The notes below the pieces were generated by a model. The model saw nothing but the letters and a program-made list of their open reading frames with translations. It did no database searches and was not told where the DNA came from. A stretch of 64,000 nt of DNA from an uncultured Candidatus Saccharibacteria bacterium. GTDB taxonomy: Bacteria; Patescibacteriota; UBA1384; CAILIB01; JAUSJZ01. The first letter of the stretch is position 1, and each line of letters opens with the position of its first letter. Both the position numbers and the translations under genes were made by a program. The stretch lies in assembly GCA_964421635.1 (NCBI GenBank), contig CAYQWZ010000001.1, forward strand, positions 71,267 through 135,266, given 5' to 3'. This document shows positions 1-9,850 of this stretch, one piece after another.

Positions 1-1
1 T

Positions 2-799
2 TTAGTTCTTTTTTATTATCAAAACTGTCTTATTTCCAACGCTAATTTCGCCCTCATCTTCAGGAATAAAATCGTGGATTGCGCTAATTAGCAAATCTGA
101 TTGGTATTCAAAGTTCGCTCCTCTTTTTGTACCTACATCGTTAGTAATAAAAGACTTTTCTTTGTAGCCCGTAATTACCAGCATATGATATCGGGGACCA
201 CCACCTCTGAAATAAGGATTTTTTAATTCCTTTCCAGCAAACGGAGCAATAATAATGTTATCTACAAGAAGCTTTTTTAGCTCTAATTCACTCGAAATCT
301 CAACCATATTTAAACTCTCTGGACTAATACTCATATAGTCAATCATTACTGTGCGTAGCTGGCGAATTGTAGTGCTAACATCTGTACCAATACTCTCTTT
401 TTCAAATTCTGAAATATTCTTTAATTCTTGATCAACCTCATTTGGGTCTAATATGGGTCTTGAATCATTAATTAACCAAGCGTTGGCGACAATAGCAGAT
501 GCCTCTTCACACATCTCATCATAGAAGTCATTCCACACTCCAAGCGGCGCTTGAGTAGCAAAGGGAATCACTCGTCGCACTTCTGTTGGTAATTGAGGTA
601 TCACTTCTTCAACTAATTCTTCTTCATTTTCATGAGCGTCTATTTCGACTTGCTTATAGGCTGAATCCTCAAGATCATTAATGCTCGACGATAGCTCTAA
701 ATAGTCAAGAGATTGAGACAGTATTGTTCTATTTCTATAAATAGAGAAGGCTACGAGAGCTAGGATTGCTAGTATTAGTAGAATATATTTGTATTTCAC
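2..799 (-). CDS. Membrane-anchored papain-fold cysteine peptidase, C39-like (Peptidase_C39_2-like). It has an N-terminal TM helix plus conserved Cys (EMCEEAS) and His (RYHMLVITGY) motifs.
   Basis: ORF track 2..808. The likely start is GTG at 799, preceded by GAGG, because the TTG at 808 would overlap the divergent neighbour. Family call is from motif recall only. Confidence 0.35.
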   Translation of the reverse strand: MKYKYILLILAILALVAFSIYRNRTILSQSLDYLELSSSINDLEDSAYKQVEIDAHENEEELVEEVIPQLPTEVRRVIPFATQAPLGVWNDFYDEMCEEASAIVANAWLINDSRPILDPNEVDQELKNISEFEKESIGTDVSTTIRQLRTVMIDYMSISPESLNMVEISSELELKKLLVDNIIIAPFAGKELKNPYFRGGGPRYHMLVITGYKEKSFITNDVGTKRGANFEYQSDLLISAIHDFIPEDEGEISVGNKTVLIIKKN

Positions 800-818
800 T
801 GACCTCAAAATAACACAA

Positions 819-1259
819 ATGAAATGTTATGCTAGATATATGATTCGTGATAACACTTGGCTAGCAAATAAATTACAACAACTATATTCTAAACATTTTA
901 GCGATGTTCCTATTAATAATCGAATATTAGTCAAGTTTGGGAAAAGGGCTAGGAGTCGTTTGGGCAGCATCTCTTTGAGACCCAAAAAAGGTTTTGATCA
1001 ACCTGTCAGCGTGATAAATATAAACAGGGTCTTGCAGCATAATGATGTGCCAGAATATGTGATAGATGCTGTTTTAGCTCACGAATTCATTCATTATGCT
1101 CATGGCTTTAATTCGCCCCTGCAACGCCTTTATCGATATCCTCACCAATCTGGTATTGTTGATAAAGAAATGATTAAGCGAGGATTAAAAAAAGAGCTGG
1201 TACTGGAAAAAGAGTGGACGAAGAGAAATTTTTCAAAAGTATATTTAATAACAAAATAA
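819..1259 (+). CDS. YgjP/DUF45-family (SprT-like) zinc metallohydrolase with an HExxH motif.
   Basis: The motif 'SRLGSIS...YVIDAVLAHEFIHYAHGF' matches the DUF45 pattern (RWGSC...HELxH). The internal ATG at 819 (or 840) is preferred over the TTG at 789. Confidence 0.5.
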   Translation: MKCYARYMIRDNTWLANKLQQLYSKHFSDVPINNRILVKFGKRARSRLGSISLRPKKGFDQPVSVININRVLQHNDVPEYVIDAVLAHEFIHYAHGFNSPLQRLYRYPHQSGIVDKEMIKRGLKKELVLEKEWTKRNFSKVYLITK

Positions 1260-1615
1260 TGTCAGATTGTATATTTTGCGCCATTGCTTCAAAAAAATCA
1301 CCAGCCAACATTGAAATAGAAACAGACAATGTGATCGCTTTTCACGATTTACACAAAGATGCTCCTGTACATATCTTAGTAGTCCCCAAAAAACATTTCG
1401 AATCCTTAAATGATATAAAAGATTCTGATGGCCTAATAATTGGAGAGCTATTTTTAGTAGCCAAACAAGTGGCCGAGAAACTGAATATAGCCAAATCTGG
1501 TTATCGCTGCATTATTAATACAAATCAGGATGCCGGACAAGTGGTCAAACATATCCATTTGCATCTTTTGGGTGGAAAACCTTTAGGTCCACTGGTACAA
1601 AAAGACTTGAAATAG
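1259..1615 (+). CDS. HIT-family (histidine triad) nucleotide hydrolase.
   Basis: C-terminal 'HIHLHLLGG' histidine triad and an N-terminal CIFCAI motif. The ATG at 1259 overlaps the upstream stop. Confidence 0.8.
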   Translation: MSDCIFCAIASKKSPANIEIETDNVIAFHDLHKDAPVHILVVPKKHFESLNDIKDSDGLIIGELFLVAKQVAEKLNIAKSGYRCIINTNQDAGQVVKHIHLHLLGGKPLGPLVQKDLK

Positions 1616-1643
1616 AAGATCTCATCTGTTAAGATATATCAGT

Positions 1644-1835
1644 ATGAAAATAGAAAGAAGACCAAGAGAAACAAATCAACAGCTTATTAGACGTTTCAGT
1701 CGTGAAATCCTGATAGATGGACGTCTTTTAGAGTTTAAAGACAAACAGTTCTTCATTAAAGAACCATCTCGTCGCATGAAACGACAGAAAGCAGTACGCT
1801 CAGCTGAAATCGCTAAGAAGTATCAAGAATACTAA
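1644..1835 (+). CDS. rpsU: 30S ribosomal protein S21.
   Basis: A 63-aa basic protein with the 'RRFSRE...RRMKRQKA' pattern typical of S21. Confidence 0.7.
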   Translation: MKIERRPRETNQQLIRRFSREILIDGRLLEFKDKQFFIKEPSRRMKRQKAVRSAEIAKKYQEY

Positions 1836-1836
1836 A

Positions 1837-2280
1837 ATGTCGATCTATCAAGATATAGAAACTCAAATAAAGCAGGCTATGAGAGACAAAAACTCCGTCG
1901 AGCTCAGCGTTTTGCGTATGTTAAAAAGCAATATTGATAGCCAAACTAAAGCAGGTGAAGAGCTAACTGATGAGCTGACTTTAAAGATGGTTAGTACTGA
2001 AGTTAAGAAAAGAAAAGAGGCAATTAAAATTTATCAAGATTCAAACAAAAATGATCGTGCTGATCAAGAAAATGCAGAACTAAAAATATTAAGTAAATAT
2101 CAGCCTAAGCAATTGGACGAAGTGGAAATAAAAAAAGTTGTTCAAGCTAAAATTGTTGAGCTTGGTGCTAAAGATATTAGTCAAATAGGTCAAGTTATGG
2201 GTCAGGTAAAAGGGGAATTACAGAATAAAGCCGATATGGGAGTAGTCTCAAAAATTGTTAAGGAAGAGCTTAGTGCTTAA
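1837..2280 (+). CDS. GatB/YqeY domain protein.
   Basis: The N-terminus 'IKQAMRDKNSVELSVLRMLKSNI' matches the YqeY family. Genes are tightly packed here. Confidence 0.6.
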   Translation: MSIYQDIETQIKQAMRDKNSVELSVLRMLKSNIDSQTKAGEELTDELTLKMVSTEVKKRKEAIKIYQDSNKNDRADQENAELKILSKYQPKQLDEVEIKKVVQAKIVELGAKDISQIGQVMGQVKGELQNKADMGVVSKIVKEELSA

Positions 2281-2675
2281 TGATTTCAATCAATTTACCT
2301 AATAAATACCGTTCAAATCAAGCACAGCTAAAAGATGCCTTTGGTTTATTGTTGGGTAAAAAGAATAAGTATAACTATTTTGTTGGAGTAAAATTTATGT
2401 CAAAGGATAAAATTCAAGCTGTAAACAAACAGTATAGAAAATTAGACAAACCGACAGATGTTTTAAGTTTTCCTCTTTTTGAAAGCATTGAAGAGCTACC
2501 AACAAACGACTGTGCTATAGGAGACTTAATACTTTGTCTAGAAATGATGGAAAATGATCATTTGAGTTTTTTTGAAAGCTTAGTACATGGAGTTATACAC
2601 CTCTTGGGTTTCGATCATGAGCAAAATGAGGCAGAATGGAATCAAGCCCGCAAAAAAGTAGCAATCTCGAAATAA
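2280..2675 (+). CDS. ybeY: Endoribonuclease YbeY (16S rRNA 3' maturation).
   Basis: Metal-binding motif 'HGVIHLLGFDHE'. Start/stop overlap (TAATG) with the upstream gene. Confidence 0.8.
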   Translation: MISINLPNKYRSNQAQLKDAFGLLLGKKNKYNYFVGVKFMSKDKIQAVNKQYRKLDKPTDVLSFPLFESIEELPTNDCAIGDLILCLEMMENDHLSFFESLVHGVIHLLGFDHEQNEAEWNQARKKVAISK

Positions 2676-2677
2676 TG

Positions 2678-3055
2678 GATAAACACCGTTTAAGAAAAAG
2701 TTTTGGCAGTGCTTTTGTTGGCTTGTTCAGATTACTACGCGATGAGCAAAATGCTCGTATCCATACCTTTATTACCGGTTTAGTTTTTATTGCGGCTATT
2801 GTTGTTGGTATTAACCGCATTGAAGCAGCTATATTATTTATGGCCGTAATACTTGTTTTTAGCATGGAGATTATCAACACTGCCATAGAAGATCTACTAG
2901 ATCATCTGCATCCTCAACAACATCGCACAGTAGCTCGTATAAAGGATGCTCTAAGTGGCGCTGTATTAATAACGGCTATTATTGCCACCGTTGTAGCTGG
3001 GTTAATTTTTCTTCCACACATACTAGACGCAATGCAGAGCCTAAAGATCATCTAG
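2678..3055 (+). CDS. dgkA: Diacylglycerol / undecaprenol kinase, DgkA family.
   Basis: 'EIINTAIEDLLD' and 'KDALSGAVLITAIIA' align to the E. coli DgkA 'EILNSAIE' and 'AKDMGSAAVLIAII' motifs. The internal ATG at 2678 was chosen so the gene does not overlap ybeY. Confidence 0.65.
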   Translation, partial: DKHRLRKSFGSAFVGLFRLLRDEQNARIHTFITGLVFIAAIVVGINRIEAAILFMAVILVFSMEIINTAIEDLLDHLHPQQHRTVARIKDALSGAVLITAIIATVVAGLIFLPHILDAMQSLKII

Positions 3056-3130
3056 AGTTAGGGTCGAGGTAAACCTTTTGACGAGCCGATATTGGCACTG
3101 TATACTAATCTTGATAGAGTAATATTGTAT

Positions 3131-4378
3131 ATGACAAAAAGAGACATCATTACAGGTATAGATATTGGTAGCAATAAAATTGCGGTCGTTGTTGGTAGAG
3201 CCCAAAACGATAATTCCATCGACATTTTAGGAGTTGGTACAGCTAAAAGTAATGGTGTCAGAAAAGGAGCCATTGTTGATTTAGAAGAGACAATTTCATC
3301 TTTGTCTGCCGCCTTAGAAGAGGCTGAGAGAATGAGTGGAGCTTCTATCAACGAAGCTTATGTCTCTATTGATGGCCAACACATTGAAACAGGCATGGCT
3401 AAAGGTGTTATTTCGGTTTCAAAAAGTGATGGTGACATTACAGAAATTGATGTCGAGCGAGTAGTTGAAGCCGCTCGCAGTGTAAGTACTCCTCCTAATA
3501 GAGAGATAATCCATTCTATTCCTCAATCCTTTATTGTTGATGGCCAAACGGGCATTAAAGACCCTGTTGGCATGACCGGTGTTAGACTGGAAGTTGAAGC
3601 TACAATGATAACCGGCTCTACTACATCGCTAAAGAATATCACTAAAAGTCTTAATCAAGCTGGCATTACCGTAATTGAATATGTTTTTTCACCTTTAGCG
3701 ACTTCTTATGCAGTTTCTAATAAGGAACAGAGGAATGTCGGTGTATCTATTATTGATATTGGTTCTGACACAACCAATTATGCAATTTATGAGGATACTC
3801 AGCTTCTTGGCGTAGGTACCATTCCTATTGGTGCTTCTCATATTACGAACGATTTGGCTATTGGATTAAGAACTAGCATAGAAGTCGCCGAAAAAATTAA
3901 GAAAGAATATAGCAACGCTATGCCAAGTCTGGTAAAAGAGAAAAAACTATCTGGCAAAAAGGTTGGCTTTGATGGCGGCGATGTCGACATGACCCTCGTG
4001 GCAGACATTATTGAAGCGCGAGTAAATGAAATTTTTATTCTTATTCGTGACAACTTAAGAAAAATTAATCGCGATAGTCTATTACCAGCCGGTGTTATCC
4101 TAACGGGCGGTGGAGCAGCCCAAAATGGCATTACTAGCTTAGCTAAAGAAACTCTAAAATTACCCGCTGCAATAGGGGAGATCGCAACCGAAATATCTGG
4201 CATGGTTGACAACGTTTCAGAGCCTCAGTATTCTACTAGTGTAGGGTTAATTATGTGGGCTATAGAAGCCAACATGAGTATGCCTCGACCCGCATCTCGG
4301 TTTAATCTCAACAGCCTCGGTAATTGGGATGAGGTAGCTGAAAAAACCAAAAAGATTTTTAAAAACTTATTACCATAA
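3131..4378 (+). CDS. ftsA: Cell division protein FtsA.
   Basis: Actin-fold ATPase with 'GIDIGSNKIAVVVG'. It lies immediately upstream of ftsZ. The ATG at 3131 is preferred over the TTG at 3092. Confidence 0.85.
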   Translation: MTKRDIITGIDIGSNKIAVVVGRAQNDNSIDILGVGTAKSNGVRKGAIVDLEETISSLSAALEEAERMSGASINEAYVSIDGQHIETGMAKGVISVSKSDGDITEIDVERVVEAARSVSTPPNREIIHSIPQSFIVDGQTGIKDPVGMTGVRLEVEATMITGSTTSLKNITKSLNQAGITVIEYVFSPLATSYAVSNKEQRNVGVSIIDIGSDTTNYAIYEDTQLLGVGTIPIGASHITNDLAIGLRTSIEVAEKIKKEYSNAMPSLVKEKKLSGKKVGFDGGDVDMTLVADIIEARVNEIFILIRDNLRKINRDSLLPAGVILTGGGAAQNGITSLAKETLKLPAAIGEIATEISGMVDNVSEPQYSTSVGLIMWAIEANMSMPRPASRFNLNSLGNWDEVAEKTKKIFKNLLP

Positions 4379-4424
4379 TATAAATTAATTGTGAACGTGA
4401 GAGGGGCTCGTTCCAGTATCGAAT

Positions 4425-5606
4425 ATGACTCACGAAACTGGACAAGATAGTACTTTTGCCTCCATAAAAGTTGTGGGGGTTGGTGGTTCTGGCGGCAATG
4501 CTGTCCAGAGAATGATTACCGCTAAGCTTAGAGGTGTTGAATTTGTTGCAATAAATACAGATTCTCAAGCTCTTGCTAATAATGATGCGCCTATAAAGAT
4601 TCAAATCGGTAAGGAAAACAATAGAGGATTAGGTGCTGGTGGTGACCCTGAATCAGGACGCAAAGCTATTGAAGAGAACAAAGATGAAGTTTATGAAGCC
4701 ATAAAGGGGGCTGATATGGTTTTTGTTACCTGCGGAATGGGAGGTGGAACGGGAACAGGAGCAGCGCCATTTGTAGCAGAGATATCTAAGGAGCTAGGTG
4801 CACTGACAGTTGGTGTAGTTACCAAACCTTTTAGTTTTGAGGGTCATCGACGAACAAAAATTGCTGAACTAGGAATACAGGAATTGAAAGACAGAGTAGA
4901 TACCTTAATTACTATTCCAAACGACAGATTACTTCAGGTTATAGATAAAAAGACTAGCTTGTTCGACGCCTTCGGAGTAGTCGACGATGTCTTGCGACAG
5001 GGTGTCCAAGGAATTTCAGATTTAATTACTCTGCACGGAATAATTAATGTTGACTTCGCTGACGTCAAAGCTATTATGCAAGATGCCGGCAGCGCTTTAA
5101 TGGGAATTGGTCGTGGCAGTGGAGACAATCGAGCAGTTGAAGCAGCGAGAGCCGCCATAGAATCTCCTTTGCTTGATATGTCTATAGATGGTGCTAAGGG
5201 TATTCTTTTTAACATCACCGGTGGTACAGATTTAGGCATGTATGAGATAGATGAAGCCGCCAAAACTATTACCGAAGCTGCAGACGATGACGCTAATATA
5301 ATATTTGGTTCAATTATCGACGAAGCTATGCAAGGAGAAGTTAAAATTACTGTTATTGCTACAGGCTTTGAAACAGAGAATAGAAAGCCAGATTTACGGG
5401 GCATGTCTACAATACAGCAGCAGCAAACCAGACAAATGGAACAGCCCCAACCGGAGCCAAGACCAGCTTTCGGTGAGGTTCCTACTGCTAAGCCAGAACC
5501 TTCTCCTTTCTCATCCTATTCAGCTGAGCCAAGAGCTGAAGATGAAGACACCAACAATGATGATGAACTTGATGTACCAGCGTTTATTCGTCGTAAGTTA
5601 AAATAG
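4425..5606 (+). CDS. ftsZ: Cell division GTPase FtsZ.
   Basis: Tubulin signature '[10 protein letters not shown]' and an acidic C-terminal tail. Confidence 0.95.
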   Translation: MTHETGQDSTFASIKVVGVGGSGGNAVQRMITAKLRGVEFVAINTDSQALANNDAPIKIQIGKENNRGLGAGGDPESGRKAIEENKDEVYEAIKGADMVFVTCGMGGGTGTGAAPFVAEISKELGALTVGVVTKPFSFEGHRRTKIAELGIQELKDRVDTLITIPNDRLLQVIDKKTSLFDAFGVVDDVLRQGVQGISDLITLHGIINVDFADVKAIMQDAGSALMGIGRGSGDNRAVEAARAAIESPLLDMSIDGAKGILFNITGGTDLGMYEIDEAAKTITEAADDDANIIFGSIIDEAMQGEVKITVIATGFETENRKPDLRGMSTIQQQQTRQMEQPQPEPRPAFGEVPTAKPEPSPFSSYSAEPRAEDEDTNNDDELDVPAFIRRKLK

Positions 5607-5632
5607 TATCATTATCTGTTTGTGGAGTACTT

Positions 5633-5681
5633 ATCCACATTAAATGGACGGTCGTGGTAATTTAAGCACTACATGTAGTGT
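5633..5681. promoter_or_regulatory. Two candidate NrdR boxes upstream of nrdR-nrdJ.
   Basis: Box 2 'gCACTACATGTAGTGt' (5666-5681) is a perfect 14-bp palindrome matching the NrdR consensus acaCwAtATaTwGtgt. Box 1 'tCCACATTAAATGGa' (5634-5648) is a weaker half-palindrome. Their centres are about 32 bp apart, as is typical for NrdR operators. Confidence 0.55.
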
Positions 5682-5708
5682 AGTAAGCTGTTTTTACGTA
5701 CACAATTT

Positions 5709-6155
5709 ATGAAATGTCCAAAATGTAACAAAGATAGCCTGTCGGTGCTCGAATCACGCGATATCGATGACGATATCAGAAGGCGCCGCGAATGTAACGA
5801 ATGTCACTTTCGTTTTACTACTTACGAACGCATAGAATTTCCTCAAATCACTGTATTAAAACGTAATGGGACACGCGAACATTTTGACGAGAGTAAGGTT
5901 CGAAAAGGCATCGCTGTTAGTTGCAAAAATAGACCCATTCAACCAGAGCAGATTGACGACGCCGTAGGGAACATCGCTCGCGCCATTAAACAAGGTGACG
6001 ATCAAACTGTGTCATCTAACCAAATAGGTGAACTAGTGTTAAATGAACTGCTCACTTTAGACAAAATTGCTTATCTACGGTTTGCATCCGTTCATAGAGC
6101 ATTCAACAATATTGATTCTTTTAAAAAAGAAATTCAAAAAATTAATAGTCAATAA
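5709..6155 (+). CDS. nrdR: Transcriptional repressor NrdR (zinc ribbon plus ATP-cone).
   Basis: 'MKCPKCN...CNECHFRFTTYE' zinc ribbon. It sits directly upstream of the RNR gene. Confidence 0.9.
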   Translation: MKCPKCNKDSLSVLESRDIDDDIRRRRECNECHFRFTTYERIEFPQITVLKRNGTREHFDESKVRKGIAVSCKNRPIQPEQIDDAVGNIARAIKQGDDQTVSSNQIGELVLNELLTLDKIAYLRFASVHRAFNNIDSFKKEIQKINSQ

Positions 6156-6163
6156 GGAGGATT

Positions 6164-8845
6164 ATGGCCCCAACACCTGATAACCAAGATCAATCGTTTA
6201 CAGATAATCAATCAGTTGCTCAAAATATTGAGGTTGATGATAGAAATCAATTGCACTCTCTTGGATATAAAATCTTCCTAGATAGATACGCTGAGAAAGA
6301 TCCTAATAAAAACAATATCAAGGAAGGCGATCAGGTATTGGTTAACACAAATTTACAAACAGGGCAGAAAGAGATTGGTATAGTTAAGAATGTAGATAGA
6401 GAAAAAAAAGAAGCACTAGTACAGCTCAATGAAGGGGGCAATGTTAAGCGTTCTTTTGAACATGTAGATATTCCGCTAGAGACCCAACCCTCTCAAATGC
6501 TAGATCGCGTAGCTCAAGGAGTGGCCGCGGTTGAAATTACGGAGGCTAAGCAGAAGGAGTGGCAAGAGAAATTTCGTTGGGCATTAGATGAATGGAAGTT
6601 TGTTCCAGCCGGTCGCATTTTAGCCGCCGCTGGCACAAATCAGAATCTTACTTACTATAACTGCTATGTTATTCCGTCTCCTCATGACTCTCGCGGCGGA
6701 ATTTTTCAGACCTTGGCTAACATGGCCGAGATATTCTCGCGCGGTGGTGGAGTAGGAATGAATGTCAGTACCTTACGCCCTCGCTACGCTTATGTAAAAG
6801 GAGTAAATGGCCGTAGCTCGGGATCCGTCTCTTGGGCATCCTTATATAGTTTCGTTACTGGCTTAATTGAACAAGGAGGCTCCCGCCGCGGCGCCTTGAT
6901 GCTTATTTTAAACGATTGGCACCCAGACATTGAAGAATTTATTACTGCCAAAACTGTAAAAGGCCAAATTGAAAACGCTAACATTTCGGTCGGCATTTCA
7001 GATGAATTTATGGAAGCTGTAGAGAAGGATGCGGATTGGAACTTAGAATTCCCAGACTCTAAACACGAATGTTATGACACAGAATGGGATGGTATTTTAG
7101 AAAACTGGAAAAAGAAGGGCTATAAAACAGAAATCATAAAAACTATTAAAGCTAAAGCTCTTTGGGAAAAAATTATTGAATCTGCTTGGGCTTCAGCCGA
7201 ACCGGGCATTTGGTTCCGCGGCCGTTCTAACCATTACTCCAACTCTTGGTATTATCAACCGCTCATCTGTACTAATCCTTGTGGAGAACAGCCCCTACCA
7301 GCTTGGTCTGTCTGTAATTTAGGAGCCATCAACCTAGCTCGCTTCGTAGATGAAGAGAAGAAGGATGTAAAGTGGGAAGAGCTAAAAACTGTAACCCATT
7401 ATTCAGTCCGTTTCTTAGATAACATTATTGACACCACTCCCTATTTCTTTAATGAGAATGAAGATCAACAGAAAGGAGAGCGTCGCATAGGTCTTAATAC
7501 TATGGGCCTGGCCGAAATGATGATTAAGTTGGAAATCAAATATGGTTCTAAAGAATCATTAGATTTTATCGATAAGCTTTATGAATTCATAGTTAAAGAG
7601 TCTTATGACGAATCGACTCGGCTGGCACAAGAGAAAGGATCTTTCAAATTCCTTGATAAAGAAAAAATTGTACAAAGTGGTTATTTAAAGAATATGCCCG
7701 AAGAAATCACCACTAAAATTAAATCTCGCGGATTAAGAAATGTTACTATTTTAACTCAAGCTCCTAATGGCACAATTGGTACTATGGTTGGCACCTCAAC
7801 TGGAATTGAGCCATTTTATAACTGGACCTATTACCGTAAAAGCCGACTGGGTCTTCATGAAGAAGATGCATCTGTGGTAAGAGATTTTAAAAAGAATAAT
7901 CCAGAAAATACTCAACTGCCAGACTACTTCATTAACGCGATGGAATTAGCCCCTGAGGATCATATTAAAGTACAGGCCCAGATTCAGCACTGGGTTGACT
8001 CAGCTATCTCAAAAACCTGTAATGTTCCCGAAAATTATTCCGTCGACCAAGTAAAAGAGCTGTATGTATTAATGTACAAACTCAACTGTAAAGGTGGCAC
8101 AATTTATCGTGACAAATCTCGCAATGAACAAATTCTGATGAATAAAGATGATGATAGAGCCAAAAAAGAAATGAAAGATAACAGCGACGCTATAGACAAT
8201 AAAGATGAAGATGATAAAGATGAAAAACCTGAAGCGGAACCTGAAATTGTAGCCGAAGCTGCTAATAATATGATTATTACAGACCCTAACGAGATTGTTC
8301 GCGAGAGAGGCTCTCGCACTACTGGAGTAACGGTCAGCAAAGACACTCCAATGGGTCGCGCCTACATCACACTCAATAACGATGAAACAGGTGAACCATT
8401 AGAAGTCTTCACTAGAGTTGGCAAAGCTGGTTCAGATGTTAACGCCATGACAGACGCCATGGGTCGCCTAATCTCTTTGGTTTTGCGTCTTAAGTCTCCG
8501 GTAGCTCCACAGCTAAGAGTAAATGAAATGGTCAGACAGTTAAGAGGCATTGGCGGCGCCGACTCTCGCGGATTTGGCAAGAATAGAATTTTATCTGTGC
8601 CAGACGCGGTAGCTATCGCTATGAGTGAAGAGTACGCCCAAACAGTAACAATTGAGTCCGAAACACTAACTGCTTCTACTTTGCCTACTGCATCCGCTCA
8701 TCATCCTTCTGACACAAAATCACTTTTTGAAACCAAGTCGGGTAAAGCTACCGTAGCTGATTTATGCCCAGAATGCGGGAACACAACCTTTATTAGACAA
8801 GAAGGATGTCAGTCATGCACAACCTGTGGACACTCAAAATGCTAA
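6164..8845 (+). CDS. nrdJ: Class II (adenosylcobalamin-dependent) ribonucleotide reductase, with an acidic low-complexity insert and a C-terminal 4-Cys zinc ribbon.
   Basis: 'ICTNPCGEQPL' active-site region, an 893-aa single chain, a C-terminal 'CPECG...CQSCTTCGH' ribbon, and the RBS aaggagg 7 nt upstream. Confidence 0.85.
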   Translation: MAPTPDNQDQSFTDNQSVAQNIEVDDRNQLHSLGYKIFLDRYAEKDPNKNNIKEGDQVLVNTNLQTGQKEIGIVKNVDREKKEALVQLNEGGNVKRSFEHVDIPLETQPSQMLDRVAQGVAAVEITEAKQKEWQEKFRWALDEWKFVPAGRILAAAGTNQNLTYYNCYVIPSPHDSRGGIFQTLANMAEIFSRGGGVGMNVSTLRPRYAYVKGVNGRSSGSVSWASLYSFVTGLIEQGGSRRGALMLILNDWHPDIEEFITAKTVKGQIENANISVGISDEFMEAVEKDADWNLEFPDSKHECYDTEWDGILENWKKKGYKTEIIKTIKAKALWEKIIESAWASAEPGIWFRGRSNHYSNSWYYQPLICTNPCGEQPLPAWSVCNLGAINLARFVDEEKKDVKWEELKTVTHYSVRFLDNIIDTTPYFFNENEDQQKGERRIGLNTMGLAEMMIKLEIKYGSKESLDFIDKLYEFIVKESYDESTRLAQEKGSFKFLDKEKIVQSGYLKNMPEEITTKIKSRGLRNVTILTQAPNGTIGTMVGTSTGIEPFYNWTYYRKSRLGLHEEDASVVRDFKKNNPENTQLPDYFINAMELAPEDHIKVQAQIQHWVDSAISKTCNVPENYSVDQVKELYVLMYKLNCKGGTIYRDKSRNEQILMNKDDDRAKKEMKDNSDAIDNKDEDDKDEKPEAEPEIVAEAANNMIITDPNEIVRERGSRTTGVTVSKDTPMGRAYITLNNDETGEPLEVFTRVGKAGSDVNAMTDAMGRLISLVLRLKSPVAPQLRVNEMVRQLRGIGGADSRGFGKNRILSVPDAVAIAMSEEYAQTVTIESETLTASTLPTASAHHPSDTKSLFETKSGKATVADLCPECGNTTFIRQEGCQSCTTCGHSKC

Positions 8846-8900
8846 TTATTGCTCTGTTAGCCGCTATCAGATAATATAAATAAAAGTAAAAAAAGCTTGA

Positions 8901-9296
8901 ATGAACAACAATAACAATACTATTAGATATATCTTGGTAGCATTAATCGTTATCCTTCTTAGTTGGGCAGTAATTGCTAAAAAGAATAATCCTGTTTCTG
9001 AGCCTGAAGTTAGAGACGACGCAGCTAAAATTGAGAATTTAGAGCCTGAGGTTGAGGTTATCTCTTACGCCGGAGTTGATGGCAAGAATGCTTTAGAATT
9101 ACTAAAAGAGAATTATCAAACAGATACTACAGTTAGCGATGGTGTTGGCGAATTTGTGACCGCTATAGAGAATCAAGCAGCTGGGGAAAACCAGTTCTGG
9201 GCTTTGTATCTAAATGGCAAAATGGCTACTGTTGGCGCTAGTGAATTAGAAACTAAAAATGGGGATATAGTTGAGTGGAACCTAGAGAGCTTCTAA
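8901..9296 (+). CDS. DUF4430-domain protein with an N-terminal TM/signal anchor.
   Basis: 'GEFVTAIENQAAGENQFWALYLNGKMATVGASELETKNGDIVEW' fits the DUF4430 pattern (W.Y.NG...G...Y.L..GD.I.W). Confidence 0.55.
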   Translation: MNNNNNTIRYILVALIVILLSWAVIAKKNNPVSEPEVRDDAAKIENLEPEVEVISYAGVDGKNALELLKENYQTDTTVSDGVGEFVTAIENQAAGENQFWALYLNGKMATVGASELETKNGDIVEWNLESF

Positions 9297-9850
9297 ATAA
9301 TAACCGCCAAAATATTAGATGGGCAAGCGTTGCTCTAATAGCTTTCGTTACAATTTTACTTCGTATTATTCCGCACACTCCCAATATCGCTGCCGTTGGA
9401 GCGATTGCTATGGTGTCAGGCTTTTATCTACCAGGGCGTTGGCACTACATTGTTCCTCTTTTAGTAATTGGCATCTCAGATGCTTTCATTGGCTTCTACG
9501 ATATTAAAGTACTGGCCGCTGTCTATATCAGCTACCTTGTTATGGTCTGGCTAGGCTCGAAAGCTAATCGCGGTTTTAGTCTTGTTGGCAACACTGTACT
9601 AGGCTCCGTATCCTTTTTTCTAATTACTAACGCCGCCGTCTGGGCTTTTGGCACTATGTATGCACCCAATCTAGAAGGATTAATTGCATCTTACATTAAC
9701 GCTATTCTGTTTTTTAGAAACAGCCTTTTCTCAGATTTGACTTTTACGACATCATTTTTTATTATTGTTGAATTAAATGCCATCTTTCTGCCTCCCTTCT
9801 CCGCTATACTAAAGCTGTGGGGCAAGACTATTTACCAAAAACACCAATAA
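9275..9850 (+). CDS. Small 6-TM membrane protein. It may be an ECF-type substrate-capture (S) component or a vitamin transporter.
   Basis: 191 aa and strongly hydrophobic. It overlaps both neighbours, so it is probably co-transcribed with nrdJ and the DUF4430 gene. The family call is weak. Confidence 0.35.
   Translation: MEPRELLNNNRQNIRWASVALIAFVTILLRIIPHTPNIAAVGAIAMVSGFYLPGRWHYIVPLLVIGISDAFIGFYDIKVLAAVYISYLVMVWLGSKANRGFSLVGNTVLGSVSFFLITNAAVWAFGTMYAPNLEGLIASYINAILFFRNSLFSDLTFTTSFFIIVELNAIFLPPFSAILKLWGKTIYQKHQ

Noticed and set aside
789-808. Apparent 20-nt head-to-head overlap of divergent genes 2-808 and 789-1259.
   Set aside because: Both listed starts are TTG. Better internal starts (GTG 799 with GAGG; ATG 819 or 840) remove the overlap.
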